Virus record (IMG/VR): IMGVR_UViG_3300022562_000664
Span: 1 to 55,893 of that record
DNA length: 55,893 bases
From: a virus
Taxonomy: Duplodnaviria > Caudoviricetes
Direction: 5' to 3' (one strand)
The first letter of the stretch is position 1; each line of letters opens with the position of its first letter. This document shows, piece after piece, positions 20,610-29,986 of the stretch. The translations under genes and the position numbers were made by a program. The notes beneath the pieces were generated by a model. It saw nothing but the letters and a program-made list of their open reading frames with translations. It had not been told where the DNA came from and did no database searches.

Positions 20610-21316
20610 AAGTATCACTGATCAATTACACTGTGGACGCGGTTGAAATTCTGCTCTTTACTAAGCAGACCCGGTTAAACATGACCGGAGCCAATTACCA
20701 CCAAATCCTTAATATGAAATATAACAAAAAGCGTGATGAGCTAGAATATATGGCCAATACCATACCTAGCTCTTGGGAGTTTGTTGATTACACTTTTTGT
20801 ATTGAGGGTGTAAGCCGAGCATTTACTCATCAATTTGTTCGTAATCGCCACGGGTCTTACGCTCAACAGTCTATGCGTGTAAATGACATGTCCGACTTTG
20901 AGTGGGTCACCGGGCCTTCCATTAAAGGAAGTGAGATTTCTGAAGAAGTTTACGAGACAATTATGCACAGGATTAATGAAGCATATCGTGAATTGCTTTA
21001 TCTTGGAGCGACTCAAGAAGATGCTAGAGGCGTTCTTCCAACAAACATTTGTACCAATATTGTTGCTAAGTTCAATCTCCGAACACTATCAGAAATCGTC
21101 AAGTCCCGGTCGGGTGGCCGAACACAAGATGAATACCGGGAAGTGGTTAAGGCGATGGCTGATGAAGTTCTAAAGGTTCACCCTTGGGCTGAAATGTTCT
21201 TGTTCCCGAAGAAGCGGGGATATTTTGATGAGCTTGAAGAGGCAGTTGCTAAGGTCGAGGACCCACATTGCCGTCAATTCATCCGTAAAGCTATCGACAA
21301 AATGAGGAAAGGTTGA
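20606..21316 (+). CDS. thyX: Flavin-dependent thymidylate synthase family protein (variant motif)
   Basis: SRAFTHQFVRNRHGSYAQQSMR (RxR-X7-S), EDARGVLP, NLRTL. Confidence 0.85.
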   Translation: MKVSLINYTVDAVEILLFTKQTRLNMTGANYHQILNMKYNKKRDELEYMANTIPSSWEFVDYTFCIEGVSRAFTHQFVRNRHGSYAQQSMRVNDMSDFEWVTGPSIKGSEISEEVYETIMHRINEAYRELLYLGATQEDARGVLPTNICTNIVAKFNLRTLSEIVKSRSGGRTQDEYREVVKAMADEVLKVHPWAEMFLFPKKRGYFDELEEAVAKVEDPHCRQFIRKAIDKMRKG

Positions 21317-21798
21317 TGAAATCTGAAATGAATTTAGCAGATTTGATGATTGAGCGGGCAGGACTTTCTTCAAGCATCTTATCGCATGGAACATCTGATC
21401 CAACGTTTGATTTGGTGCTTCAAGGAATACGCCAAATCCACAATGGTAAAGAAGTGCTATATGGATCGTACATGGAGACTCATGGTAGCGATCCAACGCT
21501 TTTTGCTTTGATGGAGCATTTCGCGGATATCAAAAGAAAATTCGTGAGAGCAGAAACCTTTCTCAAGAAAAACATGAGTGGTCAAAAGATCGGCTTAGTA
21601 GAATTATTTGATACCTACGTTGACATCGCAGTGTATGGTGCACTCGGTGTTCAGCTATTGGCACACCTCATGACGCGAGAACTAAATGAACAGACACGAA
21701 GCACTGATAAATTCGATCAACGTCAACCAGATGGAAAGGGGTTCGGCGGTTCTACTGACAGCATCAACAGAGACCATGTCCATGGTGGGAACGGTTGA
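21316..21798 (+). CDS. DUF1599 / nucleotide-modification-associated (MazG-like) protein
   Basis: K...YG.Y...KF.R...DTYVDIAVY pattern. Confidence 0.6.
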   Translation: MKSEMNLADLMIERAGLSSSILSHGTSDPTFDLVLQGIRQIHNGKEVLYGSYMETHGSDPTLFALMEHFADIKRKFVRAETFLKKNMSGQKIGLVELFDTYVDIAVYGALGVQLLAHLMTRELNEQTRSTDKFDQRQPDGKGFGGSTDSINRDHVHGGNG

Positions 21799-21904
21799 CA
21801 CACCAGACCTCATGGATTTCTTGGAAACTTTATTCCGAGCAAGCCCAGCAACGAAAGACTTATTCCAAAGGGCAATTGAGAGGGCAGAATGTCCTGTTTT
21901 GTAG
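21686..21904 (+). CDS. Hypothetical protein
   Basis: ORF bridging to the exonuclease gene. Confidence 0.45.
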   Translation: MNRHEALINSINVNQMERGSAVLLTASTETMSMVGTVDTPDLMDFLETLFRASPATKDLFQRAIERAECPVL

Positions 21905-22476
21905 CAATTGACCTGGAATCTACTGGATTACTCAAGCCTGCGCCGCCTCAGCCAGGAATTGTAGAGATTGGAGCAGTCATAGCCAATTTAGCTGTTGGTG
22001 GGGAAGATGGATTATCACGTCTATTCTTAAGAGCAGACTTCAGTCAGATAATTGACCCTGAGTGTCCATTCGAGGAAGAAGCCCAAAAAATCACTGGACT
22101 TAGACCAGAAGATTTTTATGGAAAGCCAAACCTAAAAGCAGCATTTCTTCCTTTTGCTAAGTTTGTCATGGGTTGTGAATATCTTGTGACTTTTAATGGG
22201 TTGGCGTTTGACGTACCATTATTGAGCCACAACCTGGAAAGATATGGGCTCCAGTGGAGATTTCCATGGCCGCCTATTCACTTAGACCTTATGGAGATTG
22301 CTACTCCATATCTAAATCTACCTGGAAGGTCAGGTGCAAAGCCTCCAAAACTAATTGAGTTGTATCAGCACCTGTTTGAAGAGTCATTTGATGGCCAACA
22401 CAGAGCAACCTCAGATGCTAAAGCTACAATGAGGTGTGCTCAAAAAATGCATGAGAAAGGGTGGTTACCGATATGA
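21889..22476 (+). CDS. DEDDh 3'-5' exonuclease (DnaQ/epsilon-like)
   Basis: IDLESTG, FNGLAFD, HRATSDA. Confidence 0.9.
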   Translation: MSCFVAIDLESTGLLKPAPPQPGIVEIGAVIANLAVGGEDGLSRLFLRADFSQIIDPECPFEEEAQKITGLRPEDFYGKPNLKAAFLPFAKFVMGCEYLVTFNGLAFDVPLLSHNLERYGLQWRFPWPPIHLDLMEIATPYLNLPGRSGAKPPKLIELYQHLFEESFDGQHRATSDAKATMRCAQKMHEKGWLPI

Positions 22477-22664
22477 GCTTTAAGCAAGAAATTGACCCTG
22501 GAACAAACATCAATATAGTATTGCGCGATGAGGATGCTACTGCAGAACAACTGGCATATTCAGATAGCGATAATCTTGGACTACTCGCATATCGTGTTAA
22601 TATGCCAACTAGATTGATCTTTTTTCCGTGGACTTCTATTGAAAGGGTTGTATGGGACGAATGA
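22473..22664 (+). CDS. Hypothetical protein
   Basis: ATGA-coupled at both ends. Confidence 0.55.
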   Translation: MSFKQEIDPGTNINIVLRDEDATAEQLAYSDSDNLGLLAYRVNMPTRLIFFPWTSIERVVWDE

Positions 22665-25600
22665 ATCATCTAGCGGTTCATTCAGACTTTAGCTTTCTGA
22701 AAGCATATGGCTCTCCTGAGCAGATAGTTGCTCGCGCTAAGGTCTTAGGTTCTACAGCAGTTGGAATTGCTGATTCTGGTGGCTGTTGGGGCCATATTCC
22801 TTTTTGGAAAGCATGTAAGAAAGAAGGGATCAAACCCCTATTTGGCGTCCAACTAGCTGTGTCAACAACACTAGAGGGTAAAGAGTCACGATTTGATTTA
22901 GTCACTCTTATCGCAAAGAATGACCCAGGCCTCAAGGAACAATACAATCTGGTTGGACTAGCCACTGAACAATTCTACTACAGGCCCCGACTTACTTGGG
23001 GACAACTCAGAAAAATCAAAAACAACTTTGTGATCATTGATAGAATTGCTCAAGAAAATATCAAGTATCTAAGCCAACTACGCAACTTTCATCTAGCGGC
23101 GGTCCCCGAGGCCGGGCCCCTATTGAATCTTGTGCGTCGGGGCGAGTATCCCGTGGTAATATCCCTGAGCCCGGTCTATCCCGAACCTAACGAAGCTGAG
23201 GCTTACAGATTAGTTAATGCCATTAGTTCTGGACGGAAAACATATGATATTCCGCCTAGTGATAGATATATGATGAGAGAGGATGAAATTAATGCCAAAT
23301 TTCAAGAGCTTGGAATTGAACGAGAGCAGCTTAAGTCTGGTTGGGACGAAATACAGCGAATTGTCGATAGTGTTTCCGCTGCCCCCAAAATTGGGAAAAA
23401 CGTCAAGCCGGACATTCTTGAGACATTGGAGGAATGGTGCCTGCGGGGAGCAAAGGAAAGAGGAATTGATCTCACTGCTGAACCATACAAGTCTAGATAT
23501 GAGCGGGAAGTTTCCCTCATTAATCAGAAAGGCTTCACAGATTACTTTCTACTTATTGCGGACATTATACGATGGGCCAAACAGAGGATGTTTGTTGGTC
23601 CAGCTCGTGGTTCAAGTGCCGGATCATTAGTCTGTTATCTAATGGGAATAGTGGAGATCAATCCACTGGACTTTGATTTGCTCTTTGAGCGATTCATTGA
23701 TCTGAACCGGGAGGATTTACCAGATGTTGACATTGACTTTCCTGACGATCAGCGTGATCTTGTATTCGATTATATTGTTGGCAAATATGGGGCTGACCGT
23801 GTGGCTCGTCTTGGCACTGTCTCAGTGTTCAAGCCGAAATCCGCGCTCAATGATGTTGGCAAATGCTATTCTATCCCTTCTTGGGAAATCAAAAAACTCA
23901 CAGAGGTAATGGTTGAACGCAGTGGTGGTGATGCTCGTGCTAATATGGCAATTGAGGATACAATTGAACAATTTGCTGTGGGCAGAGAATTACTTGAACA
24001 ATATCCAAAACTACTTATGGCGACTAAATTAGAGGGGCATCCACGCCATACCGGGCAACATGCAGCTGGAGTGATTGTCGCTGATAAAGAAGTAGACAAT
24101 TATTTTGCTGTGAACCGAAGGGATGGAGCCTACATTGGTCAGATTAATAAATATGACGCAGAAGCCATCGGGCTTCTCAAGATTGATGCTTTGGGTCTTA
24201 AGACACTCGCCGTTATACAGGATTGTTGTGAGCAAGTTGGGATGGACCCTCGTTCATTGTATCGCCTTCCTTTTGATAAGGCTGAGGCATTCAAGATATT
24301 TCAAGATGACAATGTTGCCGGAATATTCCAGTTTGAAGGCTACGCTGTTCGCTCTCTTATGCGTCAGATGGGTGTGCATGAGTTTAACGATATTGTTGCA
24401 CTTACTGCTCTTGCTAGGCCCGGCCCTCTTCATTGTGGTGCTGCTAATGAATTCATAGTCAGGCGTACTGGTGAGAAGGATTGGGACTATGAAATGCAGG
24501 AATTGCGCCCTCATACGTCTCACACCTATGGGACTATTGTGTACCAGGAACAGGTTATGTCGATTACACGTGACCTCGGGGATATGTCCTGGCAAGACGT
24601 GTCGGCACTTAGGAAAGCAATGTCTAAGAGCCTTGGTGAAGAGTTTTTTAACCAGTACAGAGATAAGTTCATTACTGGAACCAGAAAGAAAGGAATAGAT
24701 GATGACGCAGCATTAAAGCTGTGGAATGAAATGTGTACATTTGGATCATGGGCATTCAACTTAAGCCACGCAGTTAGTTATGCCACACTATCTTATTGGT
24801 GTGCTTATCTTAAGGCTAGGCACCCGCTAGAATTTGCTGTTGCTCACCTACGCCGTACATTTGATCAAGATCACGTATTAAGATTGCTACGAGAGCTTAT
24901 GAAAGAAGGCATTGAATTGATTCCTTTTGATCCAGAAATCAGCGATATCAATTGGAAGATTCATGAAGGGAAAATCTATGGTGGCTTCATTGCCGTTAAA
25001 GGGGTTGGACCCAAAACTGCTGAAATCTATATGCGAGAAAGAAATAAAGGGGGTGACTGGATTTCTAGGCTCACTCAAGCTCAACGCCAAAAAATCCTTG
25101 CCCCAAAGAATACCCCTTGGCACAATCTCAATCGCATCGAAAAAACATACAAACAATATTATGACATTCCACCAGGAGTGTTTGGTTGTCCAAGCAAAAC
25201 ATTCCCAAAAGGTGTCAAAGGCCCGGTTGTCTACATTGAAGACATTGTGGAGAAAAAGGGTACATACAGATTTATTGGAACAATTAAACAGAGGAATTTG
25301 CGTGACCTCAACGAGACACAATCACTTGCGAAGCGGGGCGGTCGCATTATCTCCCACCATACTTTATTCCTCAATCTGGTTGTTGAAGATGACACATCAT
25401 CAATCCTTTGCACAATTGATAGATGGAAATATCCAGAATTGGGAGCACCCTTAATGGAAGCCGAGGCGGATGGAAAAGATTTCCTAATCCGTGGAGAAAT
25501 CAAGCAGGATGGCTGGAGAAAGATCAACGTAACAGGAATCAGGAGATTAGACAATGGAGCTACCGGGGCCAGTCCAGGTGACACCGGACGAGATCAAGAA

Positions 25601-25693
25601 GCTGAGGCAACTGGAGGAAAAGCGCAAGGCACTCTCCCAATTGATACAGATGATAACTCAGCAGGGAGAGCAGCAAATAGCTCAGTACAATAA
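22661..25693 (+). CDS. dnaE: DNA polymerase III alpha subunit (C family)
   Basis: PHP HLAVHSDFS, GPARGSSAGSLV, LFERF, PDVDIDF, KIDALGL, AFNLSHA. Confidence 0.95.
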   Translation: MNHLAVHSDFSFLKAYGSPEQIVARAKVLGSTAVGIADSGGCWGHIPFWKACKKEGIKPLFGVQLAVSTTLEGKESRFDLVTLIAKNDPGLKEQYNLVGLATEQFYYRPRLTWGQLRKIKNNFVIIDRIAQENIKYLSQLRNFHLAAVPEAGPLLNLVRRGEYPVVISLSPVYPEPNEAEAYRLVNAISSGRKTYDIPPSDRYMMREDEINAKFQELGIEREQLKSGWDEIQRIVDSVSAAPKIGKNVKPDILETLEEWCLRGAKERGIDLTAEPYKSRYEREVSLINQKGFTDYFLLIADIIRWAKQRMFVGPARGSSAGSLVCYLMGIVEINPLDFDLLFERFIDLNREDLPDVDIDFPDDQRDLVFDYIVGKYGADRVARLGTVSVFKPKSALNDVGKCYSIPSWEIKKLTEVMVERSGGDARANMAIEDTIEQFAVGRELLEQYPKLLMATKLEGHPRHTGQHAAGVIVADKEVDNYFAVNRRDGAYIGQINKYDAEAIGLLKIDALGLKTLAVIQDCCEQVGMDPRSLYRLPFDKAEAFKIFQDDNVAGIFQFEGYAVRSLMRQMGVHEFNDIVALTALARPGPLHCGAANEFIVRRTGEKDWDYEMQELRPHTSHTYGTIVYQEQVMSITRDLGDMSWQDVSALRKAMSKSLGEEFFNQYRDKFITGTRKKGIDDDAALKLWNEMCTFGSWAFNLSHAVSYATLSYWCAYLKARHPLEFAVAHLRRTFDQDHVLRLLRELMKEGIELIPFDPEISDINWKIHEGKIYGGFIAVKGVGPKTAEIYMRERNKGGDWISRLTQAQRQKILAPKNTPWHNLNRIEKTYKQYYDIPPGVFGCPSKTFPKGVKGPVVYIEDIVEKKGTYRFIGTIKQRNLRDLNETQSLAKRGGRIISHHTLFLNLVVEDDTSSILCTIDRWKYPELGAPLMEAEADGKDFLIRGEIKQDGWRKINVTGIRRLDNGATGASPGDTGRDQEAEATGGKAQGTLPIDTDDNSAGRAANSSVQ

Positions 25694-25850
25694 GCTGAGC
25701 AGCGAGGCTTGGGAAGCAATCAGAAAACGTACTGGCCTGGATATGGATAATATTCTGTGGGTCCCTCACCCAACAGAAAATAAAATCGTGCCTATACAGG
25801 TTCGGATCAACGGAAGCACTTCTAATCCAAAAGCGGATAATCTAAACTAA
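25554..25850 (+). CDS. Hypothetical protein
   Basis: AGGAG RBS; overlaps the dnaE tail. Confidence 0.65.
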   Translation: MELPGPVQVTPDEIKKLRQLEEKRKALSQLIQMITQQGEQQIAQYNKLSSEAWEAIRKRTGLDMDNILWVPHPTENKIVPIQVRINGSTSNPKADNLN

Positions 25851-25920
25851 TATCGTTGCTTGGCCGCAACGCCTGGGGGTTCAGGGTGGCTTCCTTCCTT
25901 TCTCTGCCCTGAACCCCTTC

Positions 25921-26430
25921 ATGGGGGAGACTTGTGATATGAAATATTTTGGATATGGTATCATAAAGGATCACGAGGGTGATGTTATGATCACTCGTCG
26001 TGATTTTGAATGTGACAAAGGTCCGCACACTATAAAAGAAATCATTAAGTTGTGTGATCTTAAAGACATAATTCAACCGCACAGGATTAGAGTTTATAAA
26101 TATCGCCCAGATGAAGATTACACCAAATTGACGAAATGTGATCGGTGGTGTGCTATTACAACTTCTGATCCATGTCCAATTACATATGAAATTACATGGG
26201 GTGACGGGAACATTATCCGTGCACCATTTGTGCCATGTAGAGAAAAGAATGGGAAATTATATCCATTTGAAAGTGATGGAATTGATGCTGGTTGTATAAG
26301 ATTCATGATAAGGCGAAGCGAGTGGAGGCGCGATAGAGATGATATATGCGAAAACGATAAACTTCGCACTGATCTGTGCAATGTCAATGATCTCATCGAC
26401 TACCTTGGCGGATCAAAGAATAACAGATGA
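25921..26430 (+). CDS. Hypothetical Cys-rich protein
   Basis: 169-aa ORF with a GGAG RBS near the second ATG. Confidence 0.6.
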   Translation: MGETCDMKYFGYGIIKDHEGDVMITRRDFECDKGPHTIKEIIKLCDLKDIIQPHRIRVYKYRPDEDYTKLTKCDRWCAITTSDPCPITYEITWGDGNIIRAPFVPCREKNGKLYPFESDGIDAGCIRFMIRRSEWRRDRDDICENDKLRTDLCNVNDLIDYLGGSKNNR

Positions 26431-26662
26431 GTGGGGGAATACAACTGGATACCTCAGGTATGACCCGCAAGTTGATGGGTATCGCATCTTAGATGAATCA
26501 TACAGGACACAAGGCTATGTTAGAAGGGACTTTCAATCAGAACATTCGCAGGGCTATTCTGAGGACGGGGGTTTTCTGCTACAAGACGAGCGACAAGCAC
26601 CAGTTTGGTGTACCGGATTTTTATGTGACGAGTGGGATTTGGATGGAGTGCAAAGTCCTTAA
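26339..26662 (+). CDS. Possible secreted small protein with internal repeat
   Basis: Signal-like N-terminus (...TLA-DQ); repeat RITDEWGNTTGYLR / RILDESYRTQGYVR; overlaps both neighbours. Confidence 0.45.
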   Translation: MIYAKTINFALICAMSMISSTTLADQRITDEWGNTTGYLRYDPQVDGYRILDESYRTQGYVRRDFQSEHSQGYSEDGGFLLQDERQAPVWCTGFLCDEWDLDGVQSP

Positions 26663-26960
26663 GGTCCCAAAGCGCACATCTACTGAAATCAACATCTTAA
26701 AACCTCTCACCAGTCAGCAACGTAACTTTATGCGTGAGTTGTATCAATATGGTGATAGGGTGTTGGTTTGTTATAGCTGGAAAAATAGTGTCATAATCCT
26801 ACCATATAGTCGGGTCATTAGAGAACAGTCATGGAGAATTAGCGAGCTTGATGATTTGGCCTCTTTCATCCCTTCTGTAAACAAATCAGGGTTAGGTGAT
26901 ATCTTTGGAGCAAAATATGAGAAAGGACTTAACAATGAGTGGTACATTTTCAATTCTTGA
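26517..26960 (+). CDS. PD-(D/E)xK nuclease (VRR-NUC / resolvase-like)
   Basis: E..F...GVPDF...WMECK...LTSQQRNF. Confidence 0.75.
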   Translation: MLEGTFNQNIRRAILRTGVFCYKTSDKHQFGVPDFYVTSGIWMECKVLKVPKRTSTEINILKPLTSQQRNFMRELYQYGDRVLVCYSWKNSVIILPYSRVIREQSWRISELDDLASFIPSVNKSGLGDIFGAKYEKGLNNEWYIFNS

Positions 26961-27123
26961 AATATCCAAAGGCAGATATGCTATAATCAAAAAGCGTATC
27001 AGCCACGGATGGGTGCAAGTTGCTACCCTGCGCAGTGAAGTGTACGCTAAAGAAATGGTGTATCTTTTGAATACTGGGATGGCACAAGTGGACACGGTGA
27101 GGGCACATGAAAGAGAGAATTAA
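26935..27123 (+). CDS. Hypothetical protein
   Basis: AAGGA RBS, small ORF. Confidence 0.5.
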   Translation: MSGTFSILEISKGRYAIIKKRISHGWVQVATLRSEVYAKEMVYLLNTGMAQVDTVRAHEREN

Positions 27124-27646
27124 ATTGCTTAGGCAAATCAGTGATCAACTCTGGGATGCACTGGCTGGCGGTAGTGTAGATTTTCAAGACTGTGCTGAAA
27201 GACTACAAAATTTGGCTGACAACCTGGAAATGGAATATGAATATCTTGAATGGAAGCCAGGCCTAGTGACCATCGACTTTGATGGCGTATTAGCTGAATA
27301 CAAAAAGCCTATGACTAAGCCAGAGGACATTGAAGGCAATGCACTGCCTGGTGCCATTCAGTTCCTTAAGGATTTGATTGATCATGGAGCAACACCTATC
27401 ATTTTCTCTGCTAGGTGTAACTCTGCACATGGCCGTCAGGCCATATTTCAATGGTTGATGAGATATTTAGGAAGTAGTCATTATTTATATGGAATTCAAA
27501 TCCAACCTGGCAAACCAGCCGCACACATTATGATTGATGACCGGGCCATACAATTCAACGGGGGCTTCCCCCCGGTTAATGATGTATTGCTATTTAAGCC
27601 TTGGTACTATGAAAAAACTGATTGGCGTGAAAATAGCCACAATTAA
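27107..27646 (+). CDS. HAD-superfamily phosphatase
   Basis: IDFDGVL, FSAR, GKPAAHIMIDDRA. Confidence 0.85.
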   Translation: MKERIKLLRQISDQLWDALAGGSVDFQDCAERLQNLADNLEMEYEYLEWKPGLVTIDFDGVLAEYKKPMTKPEDIEGNALPGAIQFLKDLIDHGATPIIFSARCNSAHGRQAIFQWLMRYLGSSHYLYGIQIQPGKPAAHIMIDDRAIQFNGGFPPVNDVLLFKPWYYEKTDWRENSHN

Positions 27647-27714
27647 CACTAGACCTGGTTGCACTTTTAAGCTAGTATAGGTTTATTGGCACCGAGCAAC
27701 CAGGAGACTTGATA

Positions 27715-28434
27715 ATGGTCGATGATGCTGTCAAAAAGCGCATTCTTGCGCTTATGGCTAAAACGACTGAGAATGGCTGCACAGAGGAAGAGGCTCTGTC
27801 TGCGGCTAAAAAAGTCCAGGAAATGCTTCATAAGTATCAGCTGGACTTATCTGATATCAAAATCAAAGAATCCAAGTGCACTCAGGGCACATACGCCGCC
27901 CAGATGAAGAACGATCCAATGGTCGTTCTGTGTCTGAATTCTATCGCCTACTTCACAGACACCAAAGTCTGGAAATCGTCGGACGATTATGGTTGGCGGA
28001 CATATGAGTTCTTTGGTTTGGAACACGATGTGATGATCGCTGAGTACATCACCAAAATTTGCGATTGGGCGATCATCAGCGGTGGTGAGGATTTCAAGGA
28101 AACCGAGCAGTATCAATCTGCTCCCAAAAGCAGCCGATCAAGGCTTAAGGGTGATTTCCAGTACGGCATGGCAATTCGTTTGGCCAAACGTATTCGGGAA
28201 ATGAAAAACAAACAGAGATTTGACGATAAGCAGACCACTGGGCGTGATCTTGTTGTCGTCAAGAATGCGGTTGTTGATGAAGAATTTGCCAAGTTGAACT
28301 TGAACCTTCGCAGCACCCGCATTGGACAGCGACGCGTGAACGATCAGGCATATAGCCAAGGGAGCGCGGCGGCTGACAAAGTGGCACTCAACCCAGGTGT
28401 AACATCTAACAAAGTAGGAGGGCACATTGCCTGA
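27715..28434 (+). CDS. DUF2786-domain protein
   Basis: KRILALMAK...EEEALSAAKKVQEMLHKYQL N-terminus; AGGAG RBS. Confidence 0.8.
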   Translation: MVDDAVKKRILALMAKTTENGCTEEEALSAAKKVQEMLHKYQLDLSDIKIKESKCTQGTYAAQMKNDPMVVLCLNSIAYFTDTKVWKSSDDYGWRTYEFFGLEHDVMIAEYITKICDWAIISGGEDFKETEQYQSAPKSSRSRLKGDFQYGMAIRLAKRIREMKNKQRFDDKQTTGRDLVVVKNAVVDEEFAKLNLNLRSTRIGQRRVNDQAYSQGSAAADKVALNPGVTSNKVGGHIA

Positions 28435-28876
28435 TTATCGAAAAGCGGCTGGTGCGCCGGTAAAGCACAAGGCTACCAAGTATGATGGCTTCAAACTGAT
28501 CAAAACTGAGCATCCGTACAAGCATCAGAAGGGCTCTGGTCGCTCGCAGGTGTTCGAGTTTGCCAAGAATGGCATGACCATTGGTCAGTGGACCCAGATC
28601 GCGGCTCAGCATGGTTTTGAGCCGAGCTTCACTGTCGGGTCGCTTCTGAAGCTCCAGGGTGCTGATAAGCCTGGTTGGGAAATCAGCGAAAAGGATGACA
28701 AGGGGCGCACTCTGGCGGAGGTGAAGAAAATCCGCGATGTGGACCCGTCCAAGAAGGCTGAACGTGAAGCCAAGGCCAAGGCGGCTGCGGAAGCAAAAGC
28801 CCGAAAGAAGGCTGAGCGTGAAGCGGCAAAGAAGGCCAAGGCTGAGACCAAGAAAAAGGCGCCGAAGGCAGCCTAG
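28427..28876 (+). CDS. Putative DNA-binding protein with Lys/Ala-rich histone-like tail
   Basis: AGGAGG RBS; GMTIGQW core; KKAEREAKAKAAAEAKARKK tail. Confidence 0.7.
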   Translation: MPDYRKAAGAPVKHKATKYDGFKLIKTEHPYKHQKGSGRSQVFEFAKNGMTIGQWTQIAAQHGFEPSFTVGSLLKLQGADKPGWEISEKDDKGRTLAEVKKIRDVDPSKKAEREAKAKAAAEAKARKKAEREAAKKAKAETKKKAPKAA

Positions 28877-28906
28877 CACCTCGTTCTACACACGAAGCAC
28901 AATCCT

Positions 28907-28935
28907 GCGCCGCGTAGCTATACGCGGCGCTTTTT
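28907..28935 (+). terminator. Intrinsic terminator
   Basis: GCGCCGCGTA-gcta-TACGCGGCGC-TTTTT. Confidence 0.85.
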
Positions 28936-29338
28936 ATGTGAGAGGGTTGCGTCCTGGGTTAGGATCGTTGCGGTAAGTGACTTGTAGATGATTAGGATTC
29001 ACACAGTCTGTCTTGCCACACAAGCGAATAACCACCTGCCCCGGTTCAATATCAAAAAACGTTTCCGCCATGAACCTATGGACATAAAATTCTTCTAATT
29101 CAGACTTATGATCCAGAGGAATTTTATTTATGCGTACAATTGGATATGCGCGCTCATATGGAGTATTAGGCTTCACAACCTTATACGAGCCACCCCACAT
29201 CCAGCAAGGCAGAAATCCTTCCCGAATGATTTTAGGCTCAATATAGCGCATAATTTTTTCCATCCACGGAAACGAAGTGTAATCCGTGAGTTCTGCTAAA
29301 GTCCATGTTGAATTGTATATTGGTCGCTTTTGCATCAC
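28934..29338 (-). CDS. HNH / His-Cys box endonuclease-like protein (possibly inactive)
   Basis: CWMWGG, YVHR, LCGKTDCVNPNHL. Confidence 0.75.
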   Translation of the reverse strand: MMQKRPIYNSTWTLAELTDYTSFPWMEKIMRYIEPKIIREGFLPCWMWGGSYKVVKPNTPYERAYPIVRINKIPLDHKSELEEFYVHRFMAETFFDIEPGQVVIRLCGKTDCVNPNHLQVTYRNDPNPGRNPLT

Positions 29339-29439
29339 TATCTATTATAAGATAGAAAGTTTGCCGTCTCAACGGAAAAGGCTTCCTTTTCAGCTCTATT
29401 CAGCATATTATACTTTTAGACTTAGAAAGGGAGTGAGAG

Positions 29440-29649
29440 ATGTCATACTGGACCGCAAAAATCGCTCGTGAAGCTAACTATTCTGAATTTTGGCTCGCCA
29501 TGCATGTTCAACGAGCATGTAACGCAAAAAAATGGGCCAAAAGAGGTGATCGTGAATTTGCCCGTTATTGGGGTGAAGCAGCGAGAGAGGCTTTGGCCAA
29601 TTGGTACGAGTCTCGGGAAAAAGTTATAGACTTGGAGAATGTGGCATGA
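29440..29649 (+). CDS. Small early protein
   Basis: GGGAG RBS after an AT-rich promoter-like region. Confidence 0.6.
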   Translation: MSYWTAKIAREANYSEFWLAMHVQRACNAKKWAKRGDREFARYWGEAAREALANWYESREKVIDLENVA

Positions 29650-29831
29650 ACCGGGAACGATTCAATGCTTGGCTCCATGAGGTGGACAAGCATATGATGC
29701 GCATTGCGGGGGTCACCCATGATGACATCGCAGACTGTCTTTGGGCTGATTGGTTCCAGGATGGTGTTGATCCTCTGGAAGCAGCTAAAGATGCTTTGAC
29801 TGATGATGGCTTTCCAGGAGACTTATTATGA
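29646..29831 (+). CDS. Small acidic protein
   Basis: GGAG RBS; F..W...VD...D..D..W.DWF.DG..P pattern seen in phage early genes. Confidence 0.65.
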   Translation: MNRERFNAWLHEVDKHMMRIAGVTHDDIADCLWADWFQDGVDPLEAAKDALTDDGFPGDLL

Positions 29832-29986
29832 TGCCCGAAATCAAAATGACAAAGTTTGAGTTTATGGTTCACTACGTTCTGAACCGGGCTTCTACTGTAA
29901 ACCATACTATCGGTCTCGATGGTAGTTCAGCTGCTAAAGAGGCAGCCGAAGCATGGGAAGTCATTCAAAAAGAGTGTTCAAGATGA
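29828..29986 (+). CDS. 52-aa hypothetical protein (not in ORF track)
   Basis: AGGAG RBS; ATGA-coupled at both ends. Confidence 0.5.
   Translation: MMPEIKMTKFEFMVHYVLNRASTVNHTIGLDGSSAAKEAAEAWEVIQKECSR

Noticed and set aside
22661-25693. Intein or intron in dnaE (also checked terL and the helicases)
   Set aside because: Lengths and motif spacing look normal and no C...HN-C/S/T intein junctions were seen.
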